From Pirellulales bacterium (GTDB taxonomy: Bacteria > Planctomycetota > Planctomycetia > Pirellulales > UBA1268): a stretch of 40,359 bases of DNA. Under the pieces are notes generated by a model, which saw nothing but the letters and a program-made list of their open reading frames with translations, made no database searches and was not told the DNA's origin. Shown here piece by piece: positions 9,677 to 22,336 of this stretch (position 1 is its first letter; the number at the start of each line of letters is the position of its first letter). The position numbers and the translations under genes are program-made. The DNA lies in assembly GCA_044355515.1 (NCBI GenBank), contig JBIKXY010000003.1:1-40359 (forward strand), given 5' to 3'.

Positions 9677-10417
9677 CTACAACTCGACCCCCAGGGCGGC
9701 CATCAGGATCTTCATGTCGTCCCAGACGTGCCGCTTGGCGGCCGGGTTCCGCAGCAGGTACGAGGGATGGTAGGTGCAGATCACCCGGGCCGGGCCGTAC
9801 TCGAACCAGCGGCCGCGGAGCTGGCCGATCGGCTCCTCCGTCCGGAGCAGCGCCCGGGCCGCCGAGGCCCCCAGGCAACAGATGAACTCGGGCCGGATGA
9901 TCTCCAGTTGCCGCTCGAAGAAGGGGCGGCAGTTGGCCACCTCATCGGGCTGCGGCGGCCGGTTGCCCGGCGGCCGGCACTTGAGCACGTTCATGATGTA
10001 GACGTCGTCGCGGGTGAGCGTGCAGGCCTCGATGATCTTCGTCAGCAGCTGCCCGGCCCGGCCCACGAAGGGCAGGCCGCTCGAGTCCTCGTCGGCGCCG
10101 GGTGCTTCGCCGAAGAACACCAGCCGGGCATCGGTCCGCCCCGCGCCGAAGACCGTCTGCGTGCGGCCCGCGGCGAGTTCCCCGCACCGCGTGCAGGCCG
10201 CCACCTCGCCCCGCAAGACGGCCAGGGGATCCTGCGGCGCAGCGGCGGGAGACGGCTGGCTCACGGCCGCGGCAACCTGCTTCGGACTGCGGCTCAGCGG
10301 CGGGGACGACGTGGCAGGCACAGCCGGACGGGCGCCGGCCCGCGGCAGCGAGTTCACGCCCGCACGCGCCAGGCTCTCGAGCCGCTGCCGCACCGCCCGG
10401 GCCTCGGATCCTTCCAT
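9677..10417 (-). CDS. Uracil-DNA glycosylase family 4 (Fe-S)
   Basis: CTRC, GEAPG, PFVGRAG, KCRPPGNR, YHPSYLLR. Confidence 0.95.
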   Translation of the reverse strand: MEGSEARAVRQRLESLARAGVNSLPRAGARPAVPATSSPPLSRSPKQVAAAVSQPSPAAAPQDPLAVLRGEVAACTRCGELAAGRTQTVFGAGRTDARLVFFGEAPGADEDSSGLPFVGRAGQLLTKIIEACTLTRDDVYIMNVLKCRPPGNRPPQPDEVANCRPFFERQLEIIRPEFICCLGASAARALLRTEEPIGQLRGRWFEYGPARVICTYHPSYLLRNPAAKRHVWDDMKILMAALGVEL

Positions 10418-10461
10418 GGCTGTCGCTCGCAAGGCGTCGGGGACGCGGGGCGTTCAAACCG

Positions 10462-11892
10462 TCACAGCGCCCGGCGATGCCGTTTGGGGCCGCGGCCCTT
10501 GCCGAGGAGCGTCTTGGCCGGGGCCTTGGGCGGCTCGGCGGCGACCGGCTCGGCAGCCGCCTTGGCCGCGGCCGCCCGGTCGAAGCCGCCCGTGGGCACC
10601 TGCTCGACCGGTGCCGGGGCCGCCCGCTGGTCGAAGGCCTCGAAGCCGGCGATCTCGTCCCGCTGGAGCAGCCGCTCGATCCGGATCTCGATCCGCGTCA
10701 GCTGCGGCCCCTCCTCGGGGCTCACGAACGTGAAGGCGATCCCCTCGCGGCCCATCCGGCCCGTCCGGCCCACGCGATGCACGTAGTCGTCGCAGAACTC
10801 GGGGATGTCGTAGTTGACGATGTGGGACACGCTCGAAACGTCGATCCCGCGGCCCACCACGTCGGTGGCCACGAGGATCTTGACCGTGCCGTCGCGAAAC
10901 TGCCGCATCACCCGGTCGCGGACATTCTGGGCCAGGTCGCCGTGGATGCAGGCCACCTCCTCCGCCGCCCCGCGGCGTGAGCGGCGGCGGGCCAGTTTCT
11001 CGAACACCTTGTCGGTGCCCCGCTTGGTGCGGCAGAAGACGATCGCCTGCCGGGGCTGCTCCCGCTCCAGGAGCTTCTCCAAAAGCTCAAACTTCCGGGT
11101 CGGATCGACCGTGAAATACCGCTGCTCGATCGTCTCCACCGCCAACTCGTTGGTGGAGAAATCCATGATCTCCGGATCCCGCATGTAGCGGGTGGCGAGC
11201 TTCTGCACCGGTGGCGGCACTGTGGCCGAGAGCAGGAGGGTCTGCCGGCTGTCGGGGCAGCGGCGGAGGATCTTCTCGATGTCGGGGCGGAAGCCGATGT
11301 CGAGCATCCGGTCGGCCTCGTCGAGCGTGACGATCTCGAGCGCGTCGAGCCGGAGCGTGCCGCGGCTCATGTGGTCGAGCACGCGGCCCGGCGTGCCGAC
11401 CACCACCGCAGGATGCTTGGCGAGCTTGTCGATCTGCCCCTTGAGCGGCTTGCCGCCATAGACGGCCACGCAGTGCACGCCGGAACCATGGGCCAGCTTC
11501 TCGAACTCGTCCTTGACCTGCACGGCCAGTTCGCGGGTGGGCACCATGATCAGCGCCCGCGGCCCGCCCCCGCGGCCCGGCTTGGAGACGGCCTCCAGGA
11601 TCGGCAGCACGAACGACGCGGTCTTGCCGGTGCCCGTGCGGGCCTGGCCGAGCACGTCCACGCCGGCGAGCGCCCGCGGGATCAGCCCCGCCTGCACAGG
11701 CGTGGGCACCTCGTAGCCGGCCCGATCGACGGCCGCCATCGTGGCGGGCGAGAGCCCGAGCGAGCGAAAATCGGTCGCCGCCATGTCGGCGGCCCGCCGC
11801 GGGGCGGTACGGCCACCGGTTCCGTCGTGGGCCTGGTGGTGGCCGGAGGCGGCCCGGCCCGACTCCTCCGGGCGGCCGCGCAAGTCATCCAT
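10462..11892 (-). CDS. DEAD-box RNA helicase
   Basis: Q motif (PTPVQ), ARTGTGKT, PTRELA, GTPGR, DEAD, SAT, HRVGRTGR. Start uncertain: 11898/11892 after GAGGA, or 11784. Confidence 0.95.
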   Translation of the reverse strand: MDDLRGRPEESGRAASGHHQAHDGTGGRTAPRRAADMAATDFRSLGLSPATMAAVDRAGYEVPTPVQAGLIPRALAGVDVLGQARTGTGKTASFVLPILEAVSKPGRGGGPRALIMVPTRELAVQVKDEFEKLAHGSGVHCVAVYGGKPLKGQIDKLAKHPAVVVGTPGRVLDHMSRGTLRLDALEIVTLDEADRMLDIGFRPDIEKILRRCPDSRQTLLLSATVPPPVQKLATRYMRDPEIMDFSTNELAVETIEQRYFTVDPTRKFELLEKLLEREQPRQAIVFCRTKRGTDKVFEKLARRRSRRGAAEEVACIHGDLAQNVRDRVMRQFRDGTVKILVATDVVGRGIDVSSVSHIVNYDIPEFCDDYVHRVGRTGRMGREGIAFTFVSPEEGPQLTRIEIRIERLLQRDEIAGFEAFDQRAAPAPVEQVPTGGFDRAAAAKAAAEPVAAEPPKAPAKTLLGKGRGPKRHRRAL

Positions 11893-12071
11893 CAACACTC
11901 GTAGTCCTCGCGTCTGGTGCGGTCGTCGGCTCGCGAAAGCCCCGGAGCGTCCTGCCGCCCGTCGGGCCCGCGAAGCCTGCTGGACGACCCGCTGAAGGAC
12001 CGCCCTGAACACCCGAACCTTACCACCGCGGGCCCGGGACAGGCAAATCCGGCCTTACCATACACCGCCGG

Positions 12072-12956
12072 TCAGCGATCGAAGAGTCGCTTGATCGCCC
12101 AGACCGTGGCGGCCCGACCGGCCCGGGCGATCGACCGGGTCAGCGGAATCCGCTTCGGGCAGACCGCCACGCAGTTTTGGGCATTGCCGCACATCTGGAT
12201 GCCGCCGGGGCCCGTCAAGGCCTCGAGCCGCTCGTCGGCGATCATCTTCCCGGTGGGGTGGGCGTTAAAAAGCATGGCCTGACTGATCGCGTGGGCCCCG
12301 ACGAAGGCGGCGTCGAAAGCCTCCCGCCGCCGGGCCTCGAACTCGGCCTCGGACTCCCCCTCCTGCCGGGCCGGCTCGATCTTGGTGAATTGCGGGCAGG
12401 CCTCCAGGCAGCAGCCGCAGGAGATGCACTCGGCGAGCGGATAGGCGTCTTGCTGCTGCTCCGGCGAGATCCGCGGGCCGGGGCCGTGGTCGTAGGAGTC
12501 GTCCACCGGCACCCAGGCCTGCACCCGCTCGAGCGAGCGGAACAGCCGCCGCCGATCCACCACCAGGTCGCGGACCACGGGAAACTTCGACATCGGCTTG
12601 AGTTCGAGCTCGCCGCCATCCTCCGCGAGCAGCGTGTCCACGAGCGCCGAGCAGGCCATCCGGGTCCGCCCGTTGATCAGCATCGTGCATGACCCGCACA
12701 CCTCCTCGAGGCAGGAGCAGTCCCAGGCGACCGGAGCCACCCGGCGGCCGTCGGGCGTGCGGGCCTGGGCCGCGATTTTCTGGAGCACGCTGATCACGTT
12801 CAGGTTCGGCTCGTAGGGCACCTCGAACCGCTCCCAGTAGCTCTCGCCACCGGCCTGATCCTGCCGCAGGATCCGCACCCGAACCTTTCCGGCCACCGCC
12901 TGCCCGCCGTGCCCGTTGCCGGCAACATGCCCATTGCTCTCGACAGCCTTGATCAT
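12072..12956 (-). CDS. sdhB: Succinate dehydrogenase iron-sulfur subunit
   Basis: CSCLEEVCGSC, CISCGCCLEACP and CGNAQNCVAVCP. GAGGAG SD upstream of ATG 12956. Confidence 0.96.
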   Translation of the reverse strand: MIKAVESNGHVAGNGHGGQAVAGKVRVRILRQDQAGGESYWERFEVPYEPNLNVISVLQKIAAQARTPDGRRVAPVAWDCSCLEEVCGSCTMLINGRTRMACSALVDTLLAEDGGELELKPMSKFPVVRDLVVDRRRLFRSLERVQAWVPVDDSYDHGPGPRISPEQQQDAYPLAECISCGCCLEACPQFTKIEPARQEGESEAEFEARRREAFDAAFVGAHAISQAMLFNAHPTGKMIADERLEALTGPGGIQMCGNAQNCVAVCPKRIPLTRSIARAGRAATVWAIKRLFDR

Positions 12957-13015
12957 CGCCCGCGTCTCCTCTCGTGTTGCTCGTGCCTGAACGATCCGCG
13001 CCGGCGGCCTCGACC

Positions 13016-15010
13016 TCAGGTGGCGGCGGCCGCGGCCGCGAGCGTCGACTCGTGCCGGCCGTTGCTCGCCGCTCGGGCCGCCTGCCGCTCCTTCCAGACC
13101 TCCTCGATCGTCTCCCCACCGACCAGGCCGTAGAGCCGGGGCCGGGGGGGAATCAGCGAGGTGTCGATGTCCTGGTAGCTGATCTCGGGATTGCCGTCGG
13201 CGTCGCAGGCCGCGATCGTGGACTTGAGCCACCGGCTCGTGCTCTCCTCGAACCGGTCGCACCACCGCTCGGCCTCGGCCCGCTTGGCCGCCGGCTCGGT
13301 GGCCTCGATGCCCGGCATCGCGAACTGCGGCTTGAAGTGGGCGCCGCGGCACTCGTCCCGGAGGAGCGCTCCCTTGAGGATCAGCTTGGCCACCGGAAAC
13401 ATGTCGCCGAGCGACTTGGTGAAGACGACATTCTGGTTCGTCCAGTTGCCCGTGTCCGACACGGCACACCTCCGCCACCGCTCCTCCATCCGGCAGACCT
13501 CGTCGTAAGCGTCGGCCAGCTGCTCGTTCCGCCGCACCACCGTGGCCACGCGGGTCATCAGCCCGCCAAGTTCCTGATGGAGCGCGTAGGGATTCTCTTC
13601 CCCCGCCGTCCGGCCGAGCAGCTCGCGATGCCGCTCCTGCTGGCGGCGGACCTCGGCCTCGAAGAGTTTGCCCGAGTCGCCGCCCCCGGCCCGCTCCTTG
13701 GCCGAGACCAGGCTCGGGGCCACGAACAGCCCGCTGAAGATGCAGGAGAGCAGCGAGTTGGCCCCCAGCCGGTTGGCCCCGTGATACTGGTAGTCGCACT
13801 CGCCGATCGCGTACAGCCCCGGGATATTCGTCTGCTGGTTGCGGGGCGAGCCCTCCACCATCCCGCCGTCGGCGCTCCGCTCGTAGTCCACCCACAGGCC
13901 GCCCATGGAATAGTGGACGGCGGGGAAGATCTTCATCGGCATCGCCCGGGGATCGACGCCCTGGAACTTCTCGTAGATCTCCAGGATCCCGCCGAGCTTG
14001 CGGTTGAGCGTCTCCCGCGGGATGTGGGTGAGGTCCAGGTAGACGCAGAGCTTGTCCTGCTCGACCGACAGGCCGTCGGTCGTGCAGATGTCGAAGATCT
14101 CCCGCGTGGCGATGTCGCGGGGCACGAGGTTGCCATACTTCGGATACCGCTCCTCGAGGAAGTAGTAGCGCTCGGCCTCGGGGATGTCCCGCGGGTCGCG
14201 GGGATCCTGTGGCTTCCGCGGCACCCAGACGCGGCCCCCTTCGCCCCGGGCGCTCTCGCTCATCAGCCGCAGCTTGTCGGCGCCGGGAATCGCCGTGGGG
14301 TGCACCTGGATGAACTCGCCATTGCCATACCAGGCCCCGGCCCGGTAGGCCCGGCTGACGGCGCTGCCGGTGCAGACCATCGACATCGTGCTCCGGCCGT
14401 AGATCAGCCCGTTGCCGCCGGTCGCGAGCACCACCGCGTCGGCCGGGAAGGCCCGGAACTCCATCGTCACGAGATCCTGGCAGACCGCCCCGCGGCAGCG
14501 GCCGCTGTCGTCGAGCACCGGCGCCAGGAAGTCCCAAAACTCCCACTTCTTGACCTTGCCCTCGACCTCGCGGCGGCGGACCTGCTCGTCGAGGGCGTAG
14601 AGCAGCTGCTGGCCGGTGGTGGCCCCGGCGAAGGCGGTCCGCTTGAAGAGCGTGCCGCCGAACCGCCGCTGGTCGCGAAAGCCTTCGGTGGTGCGGTTAA
14701 AGGGCACGCCCAGGCGGTCCATCAGGTCCACCACCCGCGGCCCCCACTCCGCCATCTCCTTGACGGGCGGCTGGTGCTGGAGGAAGTCGCCGCCGTACAC
14801 CGTGTCGTCGAAATGCTTCCACTCGTCGTCGCCCTGCTGCCGGGTCAGGGCGTTGACGCTGTTGATTCCCCCCTGGGCGCAGACGCTATGGGATCGCTTG
14901 ACGGGCACCAGGCTCACGAGGTCAACGTGCACCCCCAGTTCGGCCAGCCGCATCGTGCAGGCCAGGCCGGCCAGCCCCCCCCCGACCACGAGAATCCTCG
15001 GCTCGGCCAT
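13016..15010 (-). CDS. sdhA: Succinate dehydrogenase flavoprotein subunit
   Basis: GGGLAG, RSHSVCAQGG (covalent-FAD His), QVHPT, HYSMGG, HGANRLGANSL. Confidence 0.97.
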   Translation of the reverse strand: MAEPRILVVGGGLAGLACTMRLAELGVHVDLVSLVPVKRSHSVCAQGGINSVNALTRQQGDDEWKHFDDTVYGGDFLQHQPPVKEMAEWGPRVVDLMDRLGVPFNRTTEGFRDQRRFGGTLFKRTAFAGATTGQQLLYALDEQVRRREVEGKVKKWEFWDFLAPVLDDSGRCRGAVCQDLVTMEFRAFPADAVVLATGGNGLIYGRSTMSMVCTGSAVSRAYRAGAWYGNGEFIQVHPTAIPGADKLRLMSESARGEGGRVWVPRKPQDPRDPRDIPEAERYYFLEERYPKYGNLVPRDIATREIFDICTTDGLSVEQDKLCVYLDLTHIPRETLNRKLGGILEIYEKFQGVDPRAMPMKIFPAVHYSMGGLWVDYERSADGGMVEGSPRNQQTNIPGLYAIGECDYQYHGANRLGANSLLSCIFSGLFVAPSLVSAKERAGGGDSGKLFEAEVRRQQERHRELLGRTAGEENPYALHQELGGLMTRVATVVRRNEQLADAYDEVCRMEERWRRCAVSDTGNWTNQNVVFTKSLGDMFPVAKLILKGALLRDECRGAHFKPQFAMPGIEATEPAAKRAEAERWCDRFEESTSRWLKSTIAACDADGNPEISYQDIDTSLIPPRPRLYGLVGGETIEEVWKERQAARAASNGRHESTLAAAAAAT

Positions 15011-15014
15011 CGGC

Positions 15015-15779
15015 TCACCCTCCTGTGTGCGACTCGCTGACCGGGTGCATCGTGCCCGCCCCCGGCGGCTCGAGCCGCTCGCGTTGCTGTTCCATCCAGT
15101 CCTCGGTCGCCCGGGCCTGGTCCACGTCCACGGCCCGGAGCCCGCCCAAGGCCCCGAGGCCCGCGGCTGCGAGCACCAGGCCCACCGCCACGCTCACCGC
15201 GTTGGCCCGCCGCATGGCAGCCGGGCTCGTCCAGATGCCCCAGGTGATGCCCAGGGTCCAGAGGCCGTTGGCGAAGTGAAACACCGTCGACAGCACGCCG
15301 ATCGCGTAGACAGCCGTCACCCAGGCCGGCCGCAGGGCCGTGGCCGCCGTGCTCGTGGCATGGTGCGGGTCGAACTTCCCGCCCCCGAGCGGCGCCCCCA
15401 GCCAGTGGAGCTGGTAGATGTGCCAGATGATGAACACGAAGGCGATCATCCCCGTCGCCCGCTGGAGCGTGTAGCGGACGTTGCCCACGTAAGGGTAGGA
15501 GCCCACGTTCGGCAGCCCGTTGGCGATGATCACGAAGCCGACGGCGGCGTGAAACAGCATCGGCAGGAAGATGAAGGCCACCTCCACGGGCACCAGCAGC
15601 GGCCCGAGCGAATGGATCAGGTCCACCCGCGACTGGAACGAGGCGGCCCCGGCGAGGACCGACGAGTTGGTCAGCAGGTGGACGACCAGAAAGGCCCCGA
15701 CCGGCATCAGCCCGGCCAGGGAAAACAGCCGGTAAATCAGGAACTGATGGCGTTCGAGAAACGAGGGGGAGTCGCTCAC
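15015..15779 (-). CDS. sdhC: Succinate dehydrogenase cytochrome b subunit (single anchor, Bacillus-like)
   Basis: About five hydrophobic helices with His ligands (VHL, FHA, WHI, FHFANGLW). First gene of sdhCAB. Confidence 0.93.
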   Translation of the reverse strand: MSDSPSFLERHQFLIYRLFSLAGLMPVGAFLVVHLLTNSSVLAGAASFQSRVDLIHSLGPLLVPVEVAFIFLPMLFHAAVGFVIIANGLPNVGSYPYVGNVRYTLQRATGMIAFVFIIWHIYQLHWLGAPLGGGKFDPHHATSTAATALRPAWVTAVYAIGVLSTVFHFANGLWTLGITWGIWTSPAAMRRANAVSVAVGLVLAAAGLGALGGLRAVDVDQARATEDWMEQQRERLEPPGAGTMHPVSESHTGG

Positions 15780-15860
15780 GATCTGGGCTTCTCGGGGGCG
15801 GGGCGAAATCCGTGTCGGGCGACCGCGGCCCGCGGCTGCCGCGGCCCGGCACCCGAGGGG

Positions 15861-15931
15861 AGTATAGGGGGGGCCGGCGGGCCGACAACGGCCGCCACGG
15901 TTTGTCGGGCTGGACGGAGGGATTTTATACT
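15861..15931. promoter_or_regulatory. Back-to-back divergent sigma70-like promoters
   Basis: Minus strand: TTGTCG (15888-83), N16, TATACT (15866-61) toward sdhC. Plus strand: TTGTCG (15902-07), N18, TATACT (15926-31) toward the receiver gene. Confidence 0.6.
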
Positions 15932-15993
15932 CTAGCCAGGTCGCGGCCCGGGCGCGAGACCCGGAACGGAAGACGAACGACGGAGAGCGGCTG

Positions 15994-17544
15994 GTGGCGG
16001 CGCCCCCGGAAGGATCGAACGAACCGTCGGCCCGAGATCGCGAGATCGTCGCCCATCTTCCCGACGGGTTGGCCGTGCTCGATCCAGGCGGAGGGATTCA
16101 CTGGGCCAACGACCGGTTCGCCGCCTGGTGCGGCGCCAGCCCTCTGGGCTGCGACTTTTTTGCGGCCCTCGACCTGCCTCCCGCCGAGAGGGGCTCGTTT
16201 CGGGCGGCGCTTGCGGCGGGCCTCCCGGCGACCGCCACGCTGCGCACGGCCGGCAACCGCTTCTTCGACGTCCGCGCCTCGGCGGCGTTTCCGGTCGCTG
16301 CCGAGGCGGGGCCACAGACCCGGACGGTGGTCGCCGTTCGCGACGTGACCGATGCCATCCTCGAACAGCAGAAGCGGGCCGCGATCCATGCCGCCGGCCA
16401 GAAACTGGCCGACCTCTCTCCCAAGGAGCTCGCCGACATGACCGTCGACGAGCGGATCGAGTTGCTCAAAAGCAACATCCTCCACTACTCCAAGGATCTG
16501 CTGAAGTTCGACGTCCTCGAGATCCGGCTGCTCGACCGGCAGACGGGCCGGCTGGAGAAGTTGCTCGCGGAGGGGATGGAGCCCGAGGCCGAAGCCCGGG
16601 TGCTCTATGCCCGGCCGGAGGGCAACGGAGTAACCGGCTACGTCGCGGCCACGGGCTGCAGTTACACCTGCGGCGACACGACCCGCGACGGACTTTACCT
16701 GGAGGGCTGCAAGGGGGCGAAGAGCTCGATGACCGTGCCGCTTTTGCTGCACGACGAGGTGATCGGGACCTTCAACGTCGAGAGCCCGATGCCCGGCGGG
16801 TTCACGCCGACCGACCTGCAGTTTCTCGAGATCTTCTCCAACGACGTCGCCGCCGCCCTCAACACCCTCGAACTGCTCGTGGCGGAGAAGGCCTCGACGG
16901 CCGCCGAGAGCATCGAGGCGATCCACGGGGCGGTGGCCCTGCCGGTCGACGACATCCTCAACGATGCCGTCGGGGTGATGGAGAAATACATCGGCCACGA
17001 CGCCGACGTGGTGGCCCGGCTGCAGCGGATCTTGAAGAACGCCCGTGACATCAAGCAGGTGATCCAGCGGGTGGGCGAGCAGATGGCCCCCAGCGCCGCC
17101 CAGGCCCACCGCCGGCAGTCGGACCGCCGCCCGGCCCTCGTCGGCCGCCGGATCCTGGTGGTCGATTCCGACGAGCAGGTTCGGGCCGCCGCCCACGCGC
17201 TCCTTGAACGATCCGGCTGCACGGTCGAGACCGCCCGCGACGGCGCGGAGGCGGTGTCCATGGTGCGGGCCGTCGGCGCCGACGCGTACGACGTGATTCT
17301 CTCCGACATCCGCCTGCCCGACATGAGCGGCCATCAGCTGCTGCTGCGGCTCCAGGAACTGCTCGACCCGGTGCCGCTGGTGCTGATGACCGGCTTCGGC
17401 TACGACCCGGGCCATTCGATCGTCAAGGCCCGCCAGGCCGGGATCGATCTGGTGCTCTTCAAGCCCTTTCGCGTGGATCAGCTCCTCGACACGGTCGAGA
17501 AGTCGATCGCCCGCCGCGCCGCGACGGCCCTGGATCACGGCTAG
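15994..17544 (+). CDS. PAS-GAF-receiver signalling protein
   Basis: PAS (LPDGLAVLD..IHWANDRF), GAF (GNGVTGYVAATG, SSMTVPL, IGTFNVES), a helical linker, then REC (ILVVDSD, DVILSD, LMTG, KPF). Confidence 0.88.
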   Translation: MAAPPEGSNEPSARDREIVAHLPDGLAVLDPGGGIHWANDRFAAWCGASPLGCDFFAALDLPPAERGSFRAALAAGLPATATLRTAGNRFFDVRASAAFPVAAEAGPQTRTVVAVRDVTDAILEQQKRAAIHAAGQKLADLSPKELADMTVDERIELLKSNILHYSKDLLKFDVLEIRLLDRQTGRLEKLLAEGMEPEAEARVLYARPEGNGVTGYVAATGCSYTCGDTTRDGLYLEGCKGAKSSMTVPLLLHDEVIGTFNVESPMPGGFTPTDLQFLEIFSNDVAAALNTLELLVAEKASTAAESIEAIHGAVALPVDDILNDAVGVMEKYIGHDADVVARLQRILKNARDIKQVIQRVGEQMAPSAAQAHRRQSDRRPALVGRRILVVDSDEQVRAAAHALLERSGCTVETARDGAEAVSMVRAVGADAYDVILSDIRLPDMSGHQLLLRLQELLDPVPLVLMTGFGYDPGHSIVKARQAGIDLVLFKPFRVDQLLDTVEKSIARRAATALDHG

Positions 17545-17646
17545 GCCGTCCCTGCCCCGACGTCCCAGTTTGCCGGGCTTGCGGCCCCTTCGGCCGGCCG
17601 ACATGGCCTTGACCCGCGCCGCGGCCGGGCCGTATTCCTCCCGCCC

Positions 17647-20543
<2,897 letters not shown>

Positions 20544-20547
<4 letters not shown>

Positions 20548-20945
20548 CACCGGCCGCCGTGCGGTTCTGCCTGGTGGCCGGCAGCCTGCTCGGTGGCCTC
20601 GCCGTCGCCGCAGGCGCGTTCGGCGCCCATGGCCTCGCGGCCCGTCTGGCCGCCGGCGGTCAGACGGCCAACTGGCAGACGGCCTGCTCCTACTGCATGG
20701 TTCACGCCCTGGGGCTCCTGGCCGCCGGGCTCGTCGCCGCCCGCCGCCAGCCCCACTGCCGGCTGGCGATCGCGGCCGGCTGGTGCTTCTTGGCGGGCAC
20801 GCTGATCTTCAGCGGCTGCCTCGCGGCCCTCGCCCTGTCGGGCCTCAAGATCCTGGGCGCGATCGTGCCGATCGGCGGCGTGCTCCTGATCGCCGGCTGG
20901 ATCCTGCTGGCGTCGGCCGCCGCCCGGCTGCCCGCCGCGGACTGA
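20544..20945 (+). CDS. DUF423 (YgdD/TMEM256-like) membrane protein
   Basis: GAFGAHGL, WQTA..Y..VHAL, FSG, GAIVPIGG. ATGA overlap with the secretin stop. Confidence 0.9.
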
Positions 20946-20960
20946 GCCGCCGGAGGGCCC

Positions 20961-21713
20961 TCACTCGAACACGTCGGCGTCCGGGGCCTCGGCCGCCGGC
21001 GGCGGGACGGGCTCTTCGACCCTTTCCGCGGGGAGTTGCTCCCGCTCCGCGGGCAGTTCCAGCGGTTCGGCGGCGGCAGCCGGCTCCGAGTCCAGAGCAG
21101 GCGGAGCCGGCATCTCCTCGGCCGGCGCGAGCGGCCGGGCGGGATCAGACGGCAGCTCCTCGCCCCCGAACGCCGGCAGCGGATCCCGCGAAATGCCCTC
21201 GGGCCGCCGCTGGCGGAGCACCTCCGATTGCCGCGAGTCGATCTGCGAATACCGCCGCTCGACCGCCTGCCGCCGCTGCTCGAGCCCGGCCACCCGGGCC
21301 CGCACGCGGTGCCGCTCGAGCATGAGCCGGTCGTGGCCCTGCACCCGCTCGAGCGCCCGCGGCACGCCCCAGTCGCCGACCGCCTCGGTCTCCTTCATGG
21401 CGCCGGTGGCGAAATCGGCCTCCGACTCGTCGAGCCGCCCGAGCTTGAGGGCCGCGAGACCCCGGAAGTACCAGGCCCGCGGATCGCGGGTGCCCGCCTC
21501 GATCGCCTGGGTCAGATCGTCGTAGGACCGCTGGGCATCGCCGCCGTAGTAGGCATGCACGCCCGCGCCGTAGGCTCGGGCCAGCGGCGTGACCTCCGTC
21601 AGCGCCGGCTCCGCCCGAACGCCCGCCAGCAGGCCGCCCGCAGCAGCAACCCACACAGCCAGACCGACCGGGCGGCCAACCGAGCGACACGACCCCGACG
21701 CCATCGCGGCCAT
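20961..21713 (-). CDS. Secreted TPR-like protein
   Basis: Signal-like N-terminus, helical repeats YGAGVHAYY...AWYFRGLAALKLGR...ADF, and an acidic Pro/Ala tail. Confidence 0.75.
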   Translation of the reverse strand: MAAMASGSCRSVGRPVGLAVWVAAAGGLLAGVRAEPALTEVTPLARAYGAGVHAYYGGDAQRSYDDLTQAIEAGTRDPRAWYFRGLAALKLGRLDESEADFATGAMKETEAVGDWGVPRALERVQGHDRLMLERHRVRARVAGLEQRRQAVERRYSQIDSRQSEVLRQRRPEGISRDPLPAFGGEELPSDPARPLAPAEEMPAPPALDSEPAAAAEPLELPAEREQLPAERVEEPVPPPAAEAPDADVFE

Positions 21714-21838
21714 TACACGAATCTCCACGGGCGGACCGGCCGACGGGTGGCCTGCTCCTCGAGACAGGATATCGACGGATGGTAGCCCGCCGCCCCGCCC
21801 GCCACGGGCGGCGGCGACACGACCGCTACGACCGGCCT

Positions 21839-22336
21839 TCAGTCGGGCCGCAGGGTTTGCCCGTCCCCGGCAGCCCCCCGGGCCGCGGCGTGGCGGCGAA
21901 AGGTCGGTTCATCGAGGAACACGGCCGCCCGGACGAGGCCGAGCATCACCGGCTCATCGGGCCAGCCGAAGCCCTCGAGCAGCCGGTCGAACTCGGCCGG
22001 CGGGCACGAGCCCTTGAGATCCACAAGCAGGACCCGGCCTTGTCGCTCGAACAGGTTGCCATCGACCTGCCAGGGCCGGTCGCCGGCCGGGCTCGTCCAG
22101 ACGAACGACCCGTCTGGCTCGACGAACATCCGTGGCAGCCGCGCGAGCCGCTCGAGCGCCTCGTCGAAGCTGATCGCGAGCGGTTGCGTAAGCGATTCTC
22201 GGGAGACCGCCAGGATCGGCCACGAGCCGCGGTCGTCGGCATGGTGGCCGGCGGCGGTCGCGGCGGCGGGCTGGCGGTGGAGGACGGCCTCGAAGGCGTA
22301 GAGTTCACCGGCCGGCGGCCTGCCCGTGGCTGTCAT
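21839..22336 (-). CDS. Hypothetical protein
   Basis: Globular-looking 165-aa protein (FVEPDGSFVW, WQVDGNLFE, VDLKGSCP, GWP). The ATG overlaps the cutA stop (ATGA). Confidence 0.75.
   Translation of the reverse strand: MTATGRPPAGELYAFEAVLHRQPAAATAAGHHADDRGSWPILAVSRESLTQPLAISFDEALERLARLPRMFVEPDGSFVWTSPAGDRPWQVDGNLFERQGRVLLVDLKGSCPPAEFDRLLEGFGWPDEPVMLGLVRAAVFLDEPTFRRHAAARGAAGDGQTLRPD

Noticed and set aside
9677-11892. Helicase plus glycosylase as an anti-phage defence pair
   Set aside because: Both are ordinary housekeeping families in core-gene context with typical GC.
12018-12060. Direct repeat CCTTACCA upstream of the helicase gene
   Set aside because: Only 8 bp and two copies. One overlaps a plausible -10 (TAAGGT), which is not enough to call an operator.
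12957-14546. 824-aa ORF suggesting a large N-terminal fusion on SdhB
   Set aside because: The extension overlaps sdhA in another frame. SdhB has its own SD and ATG at 12956.
14975-14983. G9 run in sdhA as a phase-variation tract
   Set aside because: It encodes the Gly-Gly-Gly of the FAD-binding loop in a core enzyme and the frame is intact.
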